Assembly (NCBI GenBank): GCA_964542765.1
Contig: CAZIVO010000001.1
Coordinates: 390 to 64,389 of the forward strand
DNA from: an uncultured candidatus Brocadiaceae bacterium
Lineage (GTDB): Bacteria; Planctomycetota; UBA1135; UBA2386
Direction of reading: 5' to 3'
DNA length: 64,000 bases
The first letter of the stretch is position 1, and each line of letters begins with the position of its first letter. The notes beneath the pieces were generated by a model, which did not search any database, was not told where the DNA came from, and saw nothing but the letters and a program-made list of their open reading frames with translations. Made by a program: the position numbers and the translations under genes. Positions 27,385-37,060 of this stretch are shown piece after piece.

Positions 27385-28283
27385 CGGTGGCAGCTCGCAA
27401 GAAACGATCGACCGGTCGCAAACCCACCAGAAGGAGCGATACGGGCAGGAGTACTTCGCCAAAGCCGCGATCGGCGGGCAAGAAGGGCCGGCCCGCGCGA
27501 CGTTCTCCAGCCGTCAAGGTTACTCCGGCGAAGGGGCTTGCGCCGTCGTCCGACGGTTTGATTCGCCTCAATCGCTTTCTTGCGGATGCCGGCATCTGTA
27601 GCCGTCGCGCTGCCGATGAATTGATCGCCACCGGACGCATCGCGATCAAGGGCGAAGTAGTGGTCGAACTAGGTGTGCGTGTCGACCCAATGTCCACCGA
27701 AGTCTTCTTCGACGGCCAGCCGGTTCGCAGAGAGAAGAAGGTGTACGTTCTCTACAACAAGCCCAAACACGTGGTGTGCACAAACGCTGCCGGCGATGCC
27801 GGTCGCCGCGTCATTGACTTCTTACCCAAGCTTCGTGGACGAGTGTATGCCGCAGGTCGTCTCGATGCTGAATCCGAAGGCTTGCTCTTGCTCACCAATG
27901 ATGGTGATCTTGCCCAGTCGGTCACGCATCCCAGCCACGGCATCACAAAGACTTATGCAGTCGTCATCAAGGGGCGTATCGACGAGGATGGTCTGAAGAA
28001 GCTGCGCAAAGGCGTGTGGCTGTCCGAGGGAAAGACTACCGGCGCGCTGATCAAGGTCGAACGTCGCAGCCGGGATCGTAGCTACATGAAGGTGACCTTG
28101 CGCGAGGGGCGCAACCGTGAGATCCGGCGGATCTTCGCCCGCGTGGGCCACTCGGTAATCTCGCTCAAGCGTATCCGGATCGGCCGACTCAATCTCCATG
28201 GGTTGAGTAGCGGGAAGTACAGATTTCTTCGTCTGGACGAGGTCAAAGACCTTCGCGCTGATGCGGGAAGGAGTTCCGATTGA
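27381..28283 (+). CDS. rluB: RluB/RsuA-family rRNA pseudouridine synthase with basic N-terminal extension
   Basis: S4 domain (IRLNRFLADAGICSRRAADELI), catalytic GRLDAESEGLLLLTNDG, and REGRNREIRR. The start is ambiguous: GTG 27381, GTG 27387 or ATG 27360. GGAGAGAG lies at 27373-27380. Confidence 0.8.
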   Translation: MTVAARKKRSTGRKPTRRSDTGRSTSPKPRSAGKKGRPARRSPAVKVTPAKGLAPSSDGLIRLNRFLADAGICSRRAADELIATGRIAIKGEVVVELGVRVDPMSTEVFFDGQPVRREKKVYVLYNKPKHVVCTNAAGDAGRRVIDFLPKLRGRVYAAGRLDAESEGLLLLTNDGDLAQSVTHPSHGITKTYAVVIKGRIDEDGLKKLRKGVWLSEGKTTGALIKVERRSRDRSYMKVTLREGRNREIRRIFARVGHSVISLKRIRIGRLNLHGLSSGKYRFLRLDEVKDLRADAGRSSD

Positions 28284-29551
28284 CGCCGGGACCCGTCGAG
28301 GAGATCCAGCTGGAGAATGGCTTCCGCGCTCTTCTGCTTGTTCGACGGAACTTGCCAATCGTCGCCAGCAGCATCTGGTATCGCGTTGGCTCGCGTGACG
28401 AGAGGACTGGCGAGACCGGCCTGTCGCACTTCCTCGAGCACATGATGTTCAAGGGAACCGATCGCTACGCCAAGGGAGAGATCGATCTGCTGACCAGCAA
28501 GATGGGCGGCAGTAACAACGCCTTCACCAGCAACGACGTCACTGCTTATTATTTCTCATTGGCGAGCGATCGATGGGAGACCGCGCTCGAGATCGAAGCC
28601 GATCGTATGCTGGCCTGCACGCTCGATGAGGCGGAGTTTGCCGCCGAGAAAAAGGTTGTCCTCGAAGAGCTTGCGATGGGCGAAGACGACCCCTGGCGTT
28701 CACTCTACCAGCGAGCCGAGAGCCAGCTCTGGCAGGTGCATCCCTATCACCATCCGGTGATCGGCTGGCGCGAGGAACTCGAGCGTCTCGAGGTCGCGAC
28801 CATGCGTGACTATTATCAGCGGCATTACGGTCCCAACAGGGCCTTTCTGGTTGCTGTCGGCGATTTCGATGCGGATCGAGTGGAGAAACGCATCATCGAG
28901 TTGTTCGGCGATCTTCCGGCGACTGCCGAGGCTCGATCCAGATGCCTTGCCGAACCGCTTCCTGATGGTGAGCGTCGAAGCGCGATGCGGTCGCCGGGAA
29001 AAATCGCACGGATGGCTACCGGGACGCCAACTTGCCGAATGGGAGAGCGCGATGATTTTGTTCTCGATGTGATCGCCTCGGTTCTGAGTACGGGGCGGTC
29101 GAGCCGACTCCAACGCAAGCTCATCTTCGAGGAGAAGATGGCCACGAGCGTTACAGCTTTCAGTGAGGCGCGAGACGATCCGGGGGGGTTTTGGATCGCG
29201 ATGGAATTGAACCAGGGGCAGGACCCTGTCCGGGCCGAGGGTCTGGTGCGAGATGAGGTTGCGAAGTTGCTGCGGCGTTGCATCAGTCGCGGTGAGATGC
29301 GGCGAGCCTTGACCCAGATCCGCGCGAGCTTCTTGTTCGAAGAGGAGACGGCGATGGACATTGCAATGCGGATCGGTCGTTACGAATCCTCGACGCAACG
29401 GGGGTTCGGCTTGATCGAGGAAGCCCTGGAAATCTATGGATCGATCACTCCGGCTGAAATCAAGGAGGTTGCCCGGCGCTACCTGGGCCCCCAAAGATGG
29501 TCGACGGTCTGGTCGCTGGCCGAGGATGCCAGAGCCAGGGGCGCGAGCTAA
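28280..29551 (+). CDS. M16 (pitrilysin/insulinase) family zinc peptidase, catalytic-type subunit
   Basis: The TTG start overlaps the rluB stop, with GGAAGGAG upstream. The inverted zinc motif HFLEH (GLSHFLEHMMFKGT) is present. Confidence 0.85.
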   Translation: MTPGPVEEIQLENGFRALLLVRRNLPIVASSIWYRVGSRDERTGETGLSHFLEHMMFKGTDRYAKGEIDLLTSKMGGSNNAFTSNDVTAYYFSLASDRWETALEIEADRMLACTLDEAEFAAEKKVVLEELAMGEDDPWRSLYQRAESQLWQVHPYHHPVIGWREELERLEVATMRDYYQRHYGPNRAFLVAVGDFDADRVEKRIIELFGDLPATAEARSRCLAEPLPDGERRSAMRSPGKIARMATGTPTCRMGERDDFVLDVIASVLSTGRSSRLQRKLIFEEKMATSVTAFSEARDDPGGFWIAMELNQGQDPVRAEGLVRDEVAKLLRRCISRGEMRRALTQIRASFLFEEETAMDIAMRIGRYESSTQRGFGLIEEALEIYGSITPAEIKEVARRYLGPQRWSTVWSLAEDARARGAS

Positions 29552-29553
29552 CG

Positions 29554-30804
29554 ATGGCAGTCGCCTTGGAGATCGGTGAGCGCAGCCTTGCCAATGGCCT
29601 GACCTTGCTGGCCGTCCGCAACCCCGCCGTCAGGACCTTTGCGGCGAGCGCACAACTCGAAATCGATCTCAGGGCCGAGGCCAGGGGAGAGGGTGGCCTC
29701 GTCCACTTGACGGGAAGATGCTTGGAGGAGGGGACGAAACGGCGAAGCGGCACCGAGCTGTCAAAGGCGATCGAGGAGATGGGAGGTTTCCTCGAGGGCG
29801 AGGCATCCGGAGGATCACTGCAATGTCCAGCGGAGATGGCGAGCAAGGGTGTTCGGCTCCTGGGTGAGATGGTCTGTGAACCGGCCTTCCCGGCTGGCGA
29901 CGTTGCGCGCGTGCGCGACGAGGTTCTCACCGAGATCCGAGCGGACAGCGAGGACCCGCAGGAGGTGGCGCGCGAACGCTTCCACAAGGAGGTTTATGGT
30001 CGGCATCCATACGGGCGGCCAGACCGGGGTGCGCGCACACAGGTGGCGCGTTTGCGGCCGGTTGACCTTCGGAGGTTCCACCGCAAGTGGTTTGTGGCCG
30101 GCGGAGGTTATGTCGCAGCCGCAGGACCTGCTGAGCCCGTGGAGATGCTCGATTTCCTCGAGAAGTCTTTCGAGGGCATGCGCCCGGGCGATGTCGAGTT
30201 GGGTAGACCCGGGGTGCCTCCCTTGCCGGCGCAAAGCCGCGAAATTCATTTGCCGATGGATCGCGAGCAGGTGCATGTGTTCGTCGGCCATCGAGGCATC
30301 CGCCGCTCCGACCCGGACTATCATGCTCTTCAGGTCATGGACCATATTCTCGGCACGGGTCCGGGTTTCACCTCGCGGATCGCCCGCCGACTTCGTGATG
30401 AACTCGGCCTGTGCTACTCGGTGCATGCCGGGATCACCGGTTCCGCCGGTGAGGAGCCGGGTCTCTTCATGGCTTACATCGGCACGTCTCCACCGCACAG
30501 GAATCAGGCGGTCGAGGGTTTCCTTGAGGAGATCTCGCGCCTTTGCACCACCCTGCCCAGCGAGAGCGAACTGCGCGACGTGCACCGCTACCTCACCGGG
30601 AGCTTCGTCTTCTCGCTGCAACGCAACACAAGCTTGTTACGTTACGCCATTCGCGCCAAGCGTTTCGGTCTCGGCTTTGACTACCTGCACCGGTACCCGG
30701 CCCTGATCACGGCGGTGACGCGCCAAGACGTGCGCCGGGTGGCTGTCGATCATCTGCATGCCGACAAGGTTGCCGTGGTCAGCGCCGGTGCGACCGAGGC
30801 CTGA
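29554..30804 (+). CDS. M16 family peptidase-like protein lacking the HxxEH motif (likely non-catalytic partner subunit)
   Basis: M16 fold pattern is present, but the equivalent site reads GLVHLTGRCLEEGT. It lies immediately downstream of the catalytic-type paralog. Confidence 0.8.
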   Translation: MAVALEIGERSLANGLTLLAVRNPAVRTFAASAQLEIDLRAEARGEGGLVHLTGRCLEEGTKRRSGTELSKAIEEMGGFLEGEASGGSLQCPAEMASKGVRLLGEMVCEPAFPAGDVARVRDEVLTEIRADSEDPQEVARERFHKEVYGRHPYGRPDRGARTQVARLRPVDLRRFHRKWFVAGGGYVAAAGPAEPVEMLDFLEKSFEGMRPGDVELGRPGVPPLPAQSREIHLPMDREQVHVFVGHRGIRRSDPDYHALQVMDHILGTGPGFTSRIARRLRDELGLCYSVHAGITGSAGEEPGLFMAYIGTSPPHRNQAVEGFLEEISRLCTTLPSESELRDVHRYLTGSFVFSLQRNTSLLRYAIRAKRFGLGFDYLHRYPALITAVTRQDVRRVAVDHLHADKVAVVSAGATEA

Positions 30805-30880
30805 GCCGTTGGGCATGCAAGTTTTCCAGGGCAAAAGTTGGGTGGGCTCAGGCTGATTCCCGGCAATCGCACGAAGAATT

Positions 30881-30894
30881 GGCTACATTGAAGC
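30881..30894 (+). promoter_or_regulatory. shared 14-nt element GGCTACATTGAAGC (contains TACATT -10-like hexamer)
   Basis: An identical 14-mer recurs at 32270-32283 upstream of the next gene. TTCCCGGCA also precedes both copies (30857-30865 and 32239-32247). Confidence 0.35.
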
Positions 30895-30971
30895 TGGCCT
30901 CTCCTCGGGGAAGGATCGTTTCCACCGTGGCAGGCCGCACTCTTCCGCAACCACGAAGAAGGAATATCGCC

Positions 30972-32132
30972 GTGAACCGCAAGCTATCTTTTCTGCTCAT
31001 GGTCAGCCTCGGCTCGACCCTCGTTGCCCAGGGTCAGATGACCACTCCGCCCGTCGGAGTCGACAAGGAAGGCAGCTACGACTGCATTGGCTTTGGCTGG
31101 AATCCTGCCATGACCCATCAGATCGTCGATGACTCGCACGCCAACGGTAAGAGCGTCGCGATCAAGCGGATTTCCTTCCGTCCCGATTACCGCAACCAGA
31201 ATGCCATCGGTCGGACCTGGTCGAAGGTCACGGTCGAACTTGCGCATGCGGACTGGAGTTCGCTGGATGTCTTTCCGAGAACGGAAAACGGGGACGTCAA
31301 GCTCATGGATCAGCCGGTTGTCGTCTTCGACAAGGAGTGGAGTTTCCCGGCGATGCAGGGCCTGCCGCCGCTCCGACCCGCTCCTTGGGGCGGTCCCAAG
31401 AACAGTGTTGGCTTCACCTTCTCCAAGCCTTGGGTCTACAACGGTAAGGACGCGATTTTCCTGCGCTTCAAGTTCAGTGGTGGCAAGGCCGACAACAACC
31501 AACCCTGGAAGGCCAACCAGTCGGGCTTCGAGTATTTTCTGGATTCGATGCCGCACGCGGACTGGAGGGTCACCGATCTTTATGGCGCGGGCTACGGCAA
31601 GGGTAAGGGCAAGAGCGGCAGCAAGATTTGCTATGACTCTTCCTTCGTCAGTGCCAAGGCTCCTGGATATCTCAAAGCTTGGTTGAGGACGCCGGGCGGC
31701 CGGGTCAAGTTCGGTATGCAGACTTCATACACGGCGCCCAAGGGATCCGTATTGATCGCCCTGGGAACGAAGGGCAACGCCAAGGGATTCGACCTCGCCA
31801 CGGGTTGCACGGGCCTGTTCGTCGATCCTACCGGCCCCTTTGCGGGCGTGGTGCTGGCGGCACCGAACAATGCCAAGGGCATACAGAGCGCCTCATGGGA
31901 CTTCCCCTGGAAGGTGTGGATGACCGACCTCTGGGTGCAGGCGGGCTGGGCCGACTCGAAGACAAGTCGCCTGCGCTTGACCGAGTCCTACCGGTTCTCG
32001 ATCAACACGCCCCAGCGGGCACGGGTCATGGCCACGGTCACCGACCCGGGTGGAGGCAAGAAGGACGAGGAAGTGCTCTTCCCGTGGTCCTTCGCGCCCA
32101 AGTACATCCCCTACATTCGCTACGAATACTGA
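30972..32132 (+). CDS. hypothetical secreted protein (possible internal copy of the shared tail module)
   Basis: The GTG start has GAAGGAA upstream and begins a signal peptide VNRKLSFLLMVSLGSTLVAQG. No family was recognised. Region 31641-32003 loosely resembles the shared module (LIALG..GC.GLFVDP...WVQAGWAD...L). Confidence 0.6.
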   Translation: MNRKLSFLLMVSLGSTLVAQGQMTTPPVGVDKEGSYDCIGFGWNPAMTHQIVDDSHANGKSVAIKRISFRPDYRNQNAIGRTWSKVTVELAHADWSSLDVFPRTENGDVKLMDQPVVVFDKEWSFPAMQGLPPLRPAPWGGPKNSVGFTFSKPWVYNGKDAIFLRFKFSGGKADNNQPWKANQSGFEYFLDSMPHADWRVTDLYGAGYGKGKGKSGSKICYDSSFVSAKAPGYLKAWLRTPGGRVKFGMQTSYTAPKGSVLIALGTKGNAKGFDLATGCTGLFVDPTGPFAGVVLAAPNNAKGIQSASWDFPWKVWMTDLWVQAGWADSKTSRLRLTESYRFSINTPQRARVMATVTDPGGGKKDEEVLFPWSFAPKYIPYIRYEY

Positions 32133-32151
32133 GCCCGGACTGATGGGATAG

Positions 32152-32177
32152 GCGTCGCCGTTGGTTCGGCGACGCCG
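32152..32177 (+). terminator. hairpin (10-bp perfect stem) after the stop codon, no U-tract
   Basis: GGCGTCGCCG-TTGGTT-CGGCGACGCC, 20 nt after TGA 32130-32132. Confidence 0.35.
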
Positions 32178-32269
32178 GTCCGAAGGGCTTCGTGGCGATT
32201 GTTTCAACGACCGGCGGCATCTGGTCGGTTGGCCTACTTTCCCGGCATCCGGTGAGGGGCGGAAAAATC

Positions 32270-32283
32270 GGCTACATTGAAGC
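32270..32283 (+). promoter_or_regulatory. second copy of the 14-nt element GGCTACATTGAAGC
   Basis: Lies 59 nt upstream of GTG 32342. See 30881-30894. Confidence 0.35.
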
Positions 32284-32341
32284 CAAGCCGTGTCGTGAAT
32301 ATCGGCTCCCCCATACGTTGCGACTACCGAGAGGATTGATC

Positions 32342-35110
32342 GTGCTGGATCGCGTTGCCTGGATTGCATCAGCTTGCCTGTTGAGCGTGGGCTTGCTCGG
32401 TCCGAGCGTCTTGGCACAGGGTTATCCCTACTTTGAAAGTCCGCAAGCGCATCCGATCGCGATTTCTGCAGATGGCCAGCGACTCTACGCTGTCAACACG
32501 CCCGACCATCGATTGGCTGTCTATTCGCTGGCGCTACCGACGGCCCCTGTCTTGATCCGGGAAATCCCCGTTGGCCTCGAGCCGGTATCGGTTGCTGTGC
32601 GTTCGCAAAACGAAGTATGGGTGGTCAACCATGTTTCCGACTCGGTCAGCGTGGTGGATGTCTCTCGCGGCATTGTCGTCGACACGGTTCGAGTCAGAGA
32701 TGAGCCCGGCGACATCGTGTTTGCCGGTGATCCGCAGCGAGCTTTCGTTTCATCGATGACCAAGCGGCGAGTTGTCGTGATCGATCCGATGACACGTTCG
32801 ACGACCTCTATTCGCGTGTTCGGCGATGACCCGAGAGCTCTGCTGGCGAGTGCCGACGGCAAGACAGTTTGGGTTGCGATCACGAGGTCAGGGAACAAGA
32901 CGACGATCGTTCCCCATACGATGGCGCCGCCACCGCCGAAGCCCACAAACCCTGCGCTGCCGCCGGCACCGCAGCAGGGCATCATCGTCGATGCTGATGA
33001 CCCAGCGTGGAAATCGAAGTTGAACGTGAAGCTTCCCGACTACGACGTTGTCGAGATCGACACGATGACTCTGAGCGTTCGTCGTAACTATTCAGGTGTG
33101 GGAACGAACTTGTTCAATCTGGCGTTGCGTCCGGGAAGCGACGAGATCTGGGTTGCCAACACGCATTCACGAAACCGTGTTCGCTTTGAACCAGTGATCC
33201 GAGCCCATGCCACAGACAGTCAGGTTACGCGAATCACGACGGGTTCGAACCCGACAGTCACGCCTGTCAATCTCAATCCCGGCATCGACTACAGCAAGTT
33301 GCCCAATCCCGTGGCCTTGTCTTCTGCATTGGCACAGCCCACGGACATCGTCTTCGATGCCACCGGTAAGGTCGCGTATGTTGCTGCTTTCGGAACGGAC
33401 AGGATTGGCGTCATCGATGCCAGCGGCAAGGTGACCGCGCTCATCGAGGTCGGCGATACGCCGGGCACCAAGGTTGCTCCGCGCACCAAGCGTGGTCCTC
33501 GAGGACTGGCCTTGCATCCGAGCAAGCCGGTGCTCTACGTCCTCAATCGCCTGTCCAACAGCATCTCTCTCGTGGACACAGCGCAGAACAGGGTTGTTTC
33601 GGAGATCGGGATGTTCGATCCAACGCCGAAGCAGATTCGCGAAGGCCGCGGCTTCCTGTTCGACGCCAAGCTCTCGGGCGCCGGCACCATGTCTTGCGCC
33701 TCCTGTCATATCGACGCTCGCACCGATGGGCTTGCATGGGATCTGGGCGATCCCGGCGGACAGATGTTCAGCAACGGCACTCCGAACAAGCTTCACCCCA
33801 TGAAGGGGGCCTTGCTCACGCAAACCCTGCAGGGCTTCAAGGGCGAGCGGATATTCCACTGGCGAGCGGACCGACCGGGCCTCGCCACCTTCAACCCTGC
33901 TTTCGACGGACTGATGGGAGGGCAGGTGCTCAACGCTGCCGATCTTGCGACCTTCGTGGCTTACATGCAGGACATCTCCTTCATGCCGAATCCAAATCGA
34001 CAGATGGATGACACCCTGTCCAATGATCCAGTGGGGGCGAGCGCGCGGGATGGTGAGGTTCTCTTCAACACCAGGGACAATGTTGGCAGGGAGGGAAACC
34101 TGCAATTCAAATGTGTGGGTTGCCATACCAACGTCTCGGGGTCCGGCTCGTTTGGCTTTACCGGCTTGATCGGCCAGCAGACCAAGGTTGCCCAGTTGCG
34201 AGGTCTCTACAAGCGCACTGGCCGGGCGATATCGGCATCCGGTCGAACTGCAGGTTTCGGTTTTGGAGCCGATGGCTCCAAGGATGATCTGACAGGATTC
34301 CTCTCCTCGACTTCTCGCTTTACCGCGCAATTGACAGCAAACGAGAAGAAGGCGATCGAACGCTTTTTGCTGGCGTTCCCGACCGGGAACGCGCCAACCG
34401 TTGGCTATTCACGCACGGTGACGGCGGCGAATATCGGCAGTATAGATGTGACCAACGACCTGACCTTGCTGATGTCACAAGCCGACGCTGGAAAGTGCGA
34501 TCTGGTTGTCAAGGGATCCCTCCGTGGCCAGCCAGTGGGCCTCTCCTATGACAGATTGACCAAGCGGTTCCTTCGTGATCGCAAGACCTTGCCAGCCATG
34601 GCGATCACCGAGCTGGCGGTGGAGGTGGTGAGGAAGGGCGCTGTGCTGACCTTCATGGGTGCGCCGCTGGGGACAGGTCGGCAACTGGGCATCGACCGTG
34701 ATGGCAATGGCATCCTGGATGGCGATGAGGGCATTCTCCGCTACGGCGACCCGACACCCGTTTGCGCGACCGTGTTGCGGACCGAAGCGAACCAAAGGCC
34801 TCGGATTGGCGAAAAGAGTTTTGCTCTCATCATTGCTGGTTCGCCGGCCAGAAGCAGCGGCTGGCTGTCCCTGTCGAGAAAACGAACCAATGCGAGGGTC
34901 GTCGACCTGGATCTGCTGATCGATCTGGCAGCGGGGGTCACCTTTTCGGTCCGCGCCGACTCCCGGGGCGAGGCGATCGTGTCCCTGCCCTTACCCGATA
35001 CCAGAAAGCTGGTTGGTGCCAGGTTGCGCGCGCAGGGAATCATGCTTGCGCCTTGCGGCCGGTTGAAAGCGGCGGCTTCGGCCGGACTCGAGTTGACGCC
35101 GCGGCGGTGA
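32342..35110 (+). CDS. secreted beta-propeller (YVTN/YncE-like repeats) fused to a di-heme cytochrome c peroxidase/MauG-like domain, with the shared C-terminal module
   Basis: GTG 32342 follows GAGGA and begins the signal peptide VLDRVAWIASACLLSVGLLGPSVLAQG. Propeller-type repeats are present (LYAVNTPDHRLAVYSL, VWVVNHVSDSVSVVD, LYVLNRLSNSISLVD). Two CxxCH heme motifs are present (CASCH, CVGCH). The tail spans 34763-35110. Confidence 0.75.
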   Translation: MLDRVAWIASACLLSVGLLGPSVLAQGYPYFESPQAHPIAISADGQRLYAVNTPDHRLAVYSLALPTAPVLIREIPVGLEPVSVAVRSQNEVWVVNHVSDSVSVVDVSRGIVVDTVRVRDEPGDIVFAGDPQRAFVSSMTKRRVVVIDPMTRSTTSIRVFGDDPRALLASADGKTVWVAITRSGNKTTIVPHTMAPPPPKPTNPALPPAPQQGIIVDADDPAWKSKLNVKLPDYDVVEIDTMTLSVRRNYSGVGTNLFNLALRPGSDEIWVANTHSRNRVRFEPVIRAHATDSQVTRITTGSNPTVTPVNLNPGIDYSKLPNPVALSSALAQPTDIVFDATGKVAYVAAFGTDRIGVIDASGKVTALIEVGDTPGTKVAPRTKRGPRGLALHPSKPVLYVLNRLSNSISLVDTAQNRVVSEIGMFDPTPKQIREGRGFLFDAKLSGAGTMSCASCHIDARTDGLAWDLGDPGGQMFSNGTPNKLHPMKGALLTQTLQGFKGERIFHWRADRPGLATFNPAFDGLMGGQVLNAADLATFVAYMQDISFMPNPNRQMDDTLSNDPVGASARDGEVLFNTRDNVGREGNLQFKCVGCHTNVSGSGSFGFTGLIGQQTKVAQLRGLYKRTGRAISASGRTAGFGFGADGSKDDLTGFLSSTSRFTAQLTANEKKAIERFLLAFPTGNAPTVGYSRTVTAANIGSIDVTNDLTLLMSQADAGKCDLVVKGSLRGQPVGLSYDRLTKRFLRDRKTLPAMAITELAVEVVRKGAVLTFMGAPLGTGRQLGIDRDGNGILDGDEGILRYGDPTPVCATVLRTEANQRPRIGEKSFALIIAGSPARSSGWLSLSRKRTNARVVDLDLLIDLAAGVTFSVRADSRGEAIVSLPLPDTRKLVGARLRAQGIMLAPCGRLKAAASAGLELTPRR

Positions 35111-35144
35111 AAGGCGGTCTCGGATGCGACTCGTTTCAGATCGG

Positions 35145-36974
35145 CTAGGGGAAGATGAACCGCACCGCCTTTGAGCTCGCCGGGACCGCTACCGGCCCCT
35201 TCAGATCGAGCAGAAAGTGTGCGAGATAGCCCGGGGTTCCCTTGAGGCGTTTCACCTTTGGCAGGGGCAAGCGCAGCCCGCGCAGTCCGGTGGTGCCGAT
35301 CACGCCGACGAAGCCGGGTAACTCCAGGCTCAAGCTGAGCAGTGGGTCGTAATTGAGGGGGATGGAGGTTGGTCCGATGCGGATGCCGGGCGAACTGCCG
35401 AACGACATGCCGATGGCGTGGTTCGTGTTCTTGTTCGACAGGCCTGCTGCGAAGAGATGAAGTGCGATTCCTCCTGGGTCGGTGGCTTCGAGAGTTTCGA
35501 TTCCGGCTCGGATCGGATGAGTGGTGGCATCGGCCGCATTGGCCTTGCCGGGCGTGCCCTTGTCGCCAGCAGTGCCGAAGGATGTCACCGCGGTTTTGAA
35601 GTTGGCGGCCGTGGGCGGGGCTTCCAGATCGATGCGCTCCGCGGTCTTACCACTGCTACCAGGAAAGCCGGTGCTGTAGGAAAGGGTTTCGATCGAGCTT
35701 GCGTTATTGCGCAGGGTCAGCGAGTCCTTCGTGTTGTTCAGCGCAAAGGCTCCTGATGGCCAGGTGTGGCTGAAGGGGATGCCGCCATTGCTTGTGGAGT
35801 CTCCATCTTGAGCCAGCAGGAGTCGTTGGCCGGGAAGGATGCGATAGGGAGCGGTCACCGTGAAGGATCCCGACCCGGAGGTGATGATGAGACCGTCGAG
35901 GTTCAAGGGTCCGCCGGAGCGGTTGAAGACCTCGATGAATTCGCCCGAGGAGGTGGAGGGCGTCCGGTGCAGTTCCGAGATCACCAGATCGCCAGGTCCG
36001 GGACGGTTTCCCGAGGCTTCGTCGGTATAGAGTTCGACGCTTTCGCCGGTCACGGTCTCGATGCGGTAACGCCACCCATCGGTTTTCAGGGTCAGGTGGC
36101 CCCGCGCATTGGTGTAACCGCGGTGGCGGAGACCCCCGTTCGTGCTGAGAATCAGCGGTGAGCGCCCCCCCGATGTCAGCCGCGATAAGACGTCTTTTTG
36201 AGGTGACTGTTGGCTGTTGTTGTTGGGCACCGAGACGACGGCCACTTCGGGTGACAGGTACCGAACCAGATTGGCATTTGTCGCGTCCGAGATGCCATGG
36301 TGATTGGCGTGATAGACATCGATGTCACCGCAAGCCTTGGCCACAGGACTTTCCATGTCATAGGTTTTATTTTTGGCTCCGCCGGTCAGATCGCCACCGA
36401 GCCATAGCGAGAAATCACCGTACTCCACCTTCAGCACGATCGATGCCGAGTTCTCGTAGTTGCCGGTGCCGGTGATCTTTTGCTGGCCGACACCAAGAAC
36501 GAAGCCATCACGCGCGATCACCGTGGCCTTGGCACCGCCGCCCAGGTCGAAGACTTGACCGGGTGTGACCGTCTTGCGCTTGTTTTGCGCGGCCGCAGTG
36601 TATTTTTGGTACGAACTGTTACTGGGTGCCGATCGGGTGCCCCGGTCCCAGACCTCGGTCGTTGGCATGGCATTGATGACCTCGGGGATGCCGCCGATAT
36701 GGTCGGAGTGGTAGTGGCTGGCGACGAACCAATCGATCTTCGTGGCACCCAGAGCCTTCAGCTTGGGAAGCATCGCGCGGGTCCCCATCTGGGGGTAGCC
36801 CGCATCGAAGACCATGACCTTGCCGGTGGGGCCGATGATGATGGTACCGTCACCCCAGGAAACCACATTGACGAAGACCACGGTGAGCCCCTTGGGCGGC
36901 TGGGTAGGGTCGCCCGAAGGACCCTGCGCGAAGAGGGTGGATGTGGCGAGGAGAGCAAAGGCGAGGCGAAGCAT
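35145..36974 (-). CDS. secreted metallo-beta-lactamase-fold hydrolase (ComEC-C-terminal-like) + lamin-tail domain (LTD) + shared C-terminal module
   Basis: ATG 36974 starts the signal peptide MLRLAFALLATSTLFAQG. MBL motif SHYHSDHIGG. LTD signature LVISELHRTPSTSSGEFIEVFN. The tail spans 35145-35474. The N-terminal 107 codons of ORF 35145..37295 were rejected. Confidence 0.75.
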   Translation of the reverse strand: MLRLAFALLATSTLFAQGPSGDPTQPPKGLTVVFVNVVSWGDGTIIIGPTGKVMVFDAGYPQMGTRAMLPKLKALGATKIDWFVASHYHSDHIGGIPEVINAMPTTEVWDRGTRSAPSNSSYQKYTAAAQNKRKTVTPGQVFDLGGGAKATVIARDGFVLGVGQQKITGTGNYENSASIVLKVEYGDFSLWLGGDLTGGAKNKTYDMESPVAKACGDIDVYHANHHGISDATNANLVRYLSPEVAVVSVPNNNSQQSPQKDVLSRLTSGGRSPLILSTNGGLRHRGYTNARGHLTLKTDGWRYRIETVTGESVELYTDEASGNRPGPGDLVISELHRTPSTSSGEFIEVFNRSGGPLNLDGLIITSGSGSFTVTAPYRILPGQRLLLAQDGDSTSNGGIPFSHTWPSGAFALNNTKDSLTLRNNASSIETLSYSTGFPGSSGKTAERIDLEAPPTAANFKTAVTSFGTAGDKGTPGKANAADATTHPIRAGIETLEATDPGGIALHLFAAGLSNKNTNHAIGMSFGSSPGIRIGPTSIPLNYDPLLSLSLELPGFVGVIGTTGLRGLRLPLPKVKRLKGTPGYLAHFLLDLKGPVAVPASSKAVRFIFP

Positions 36975-36979
36975 GGCGG

Positions 36980-36991
36980 TCAGTATAGCCG
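36980..36991 (-). promoter_or_regulatory. -10-like element CGGCTATACTGA placed 7 nt before the ATG (possible leaderless transcript)
   Basis: On the minus strand the sequence reads GGCTATACTGACCGCC-ATG. TATACT ends 7 nt before the start codon and there is no SD sequence. It is related to the GGCTACATTGA element. Confidence 0.3.
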
Positions 36992-37060
36992 CCGATGTCA
37001 CGGGCCGTTGCCTTGGCGCCCCCGCGGCCCTGATATGGCCCGGACACCGGCTCGGGAAGG

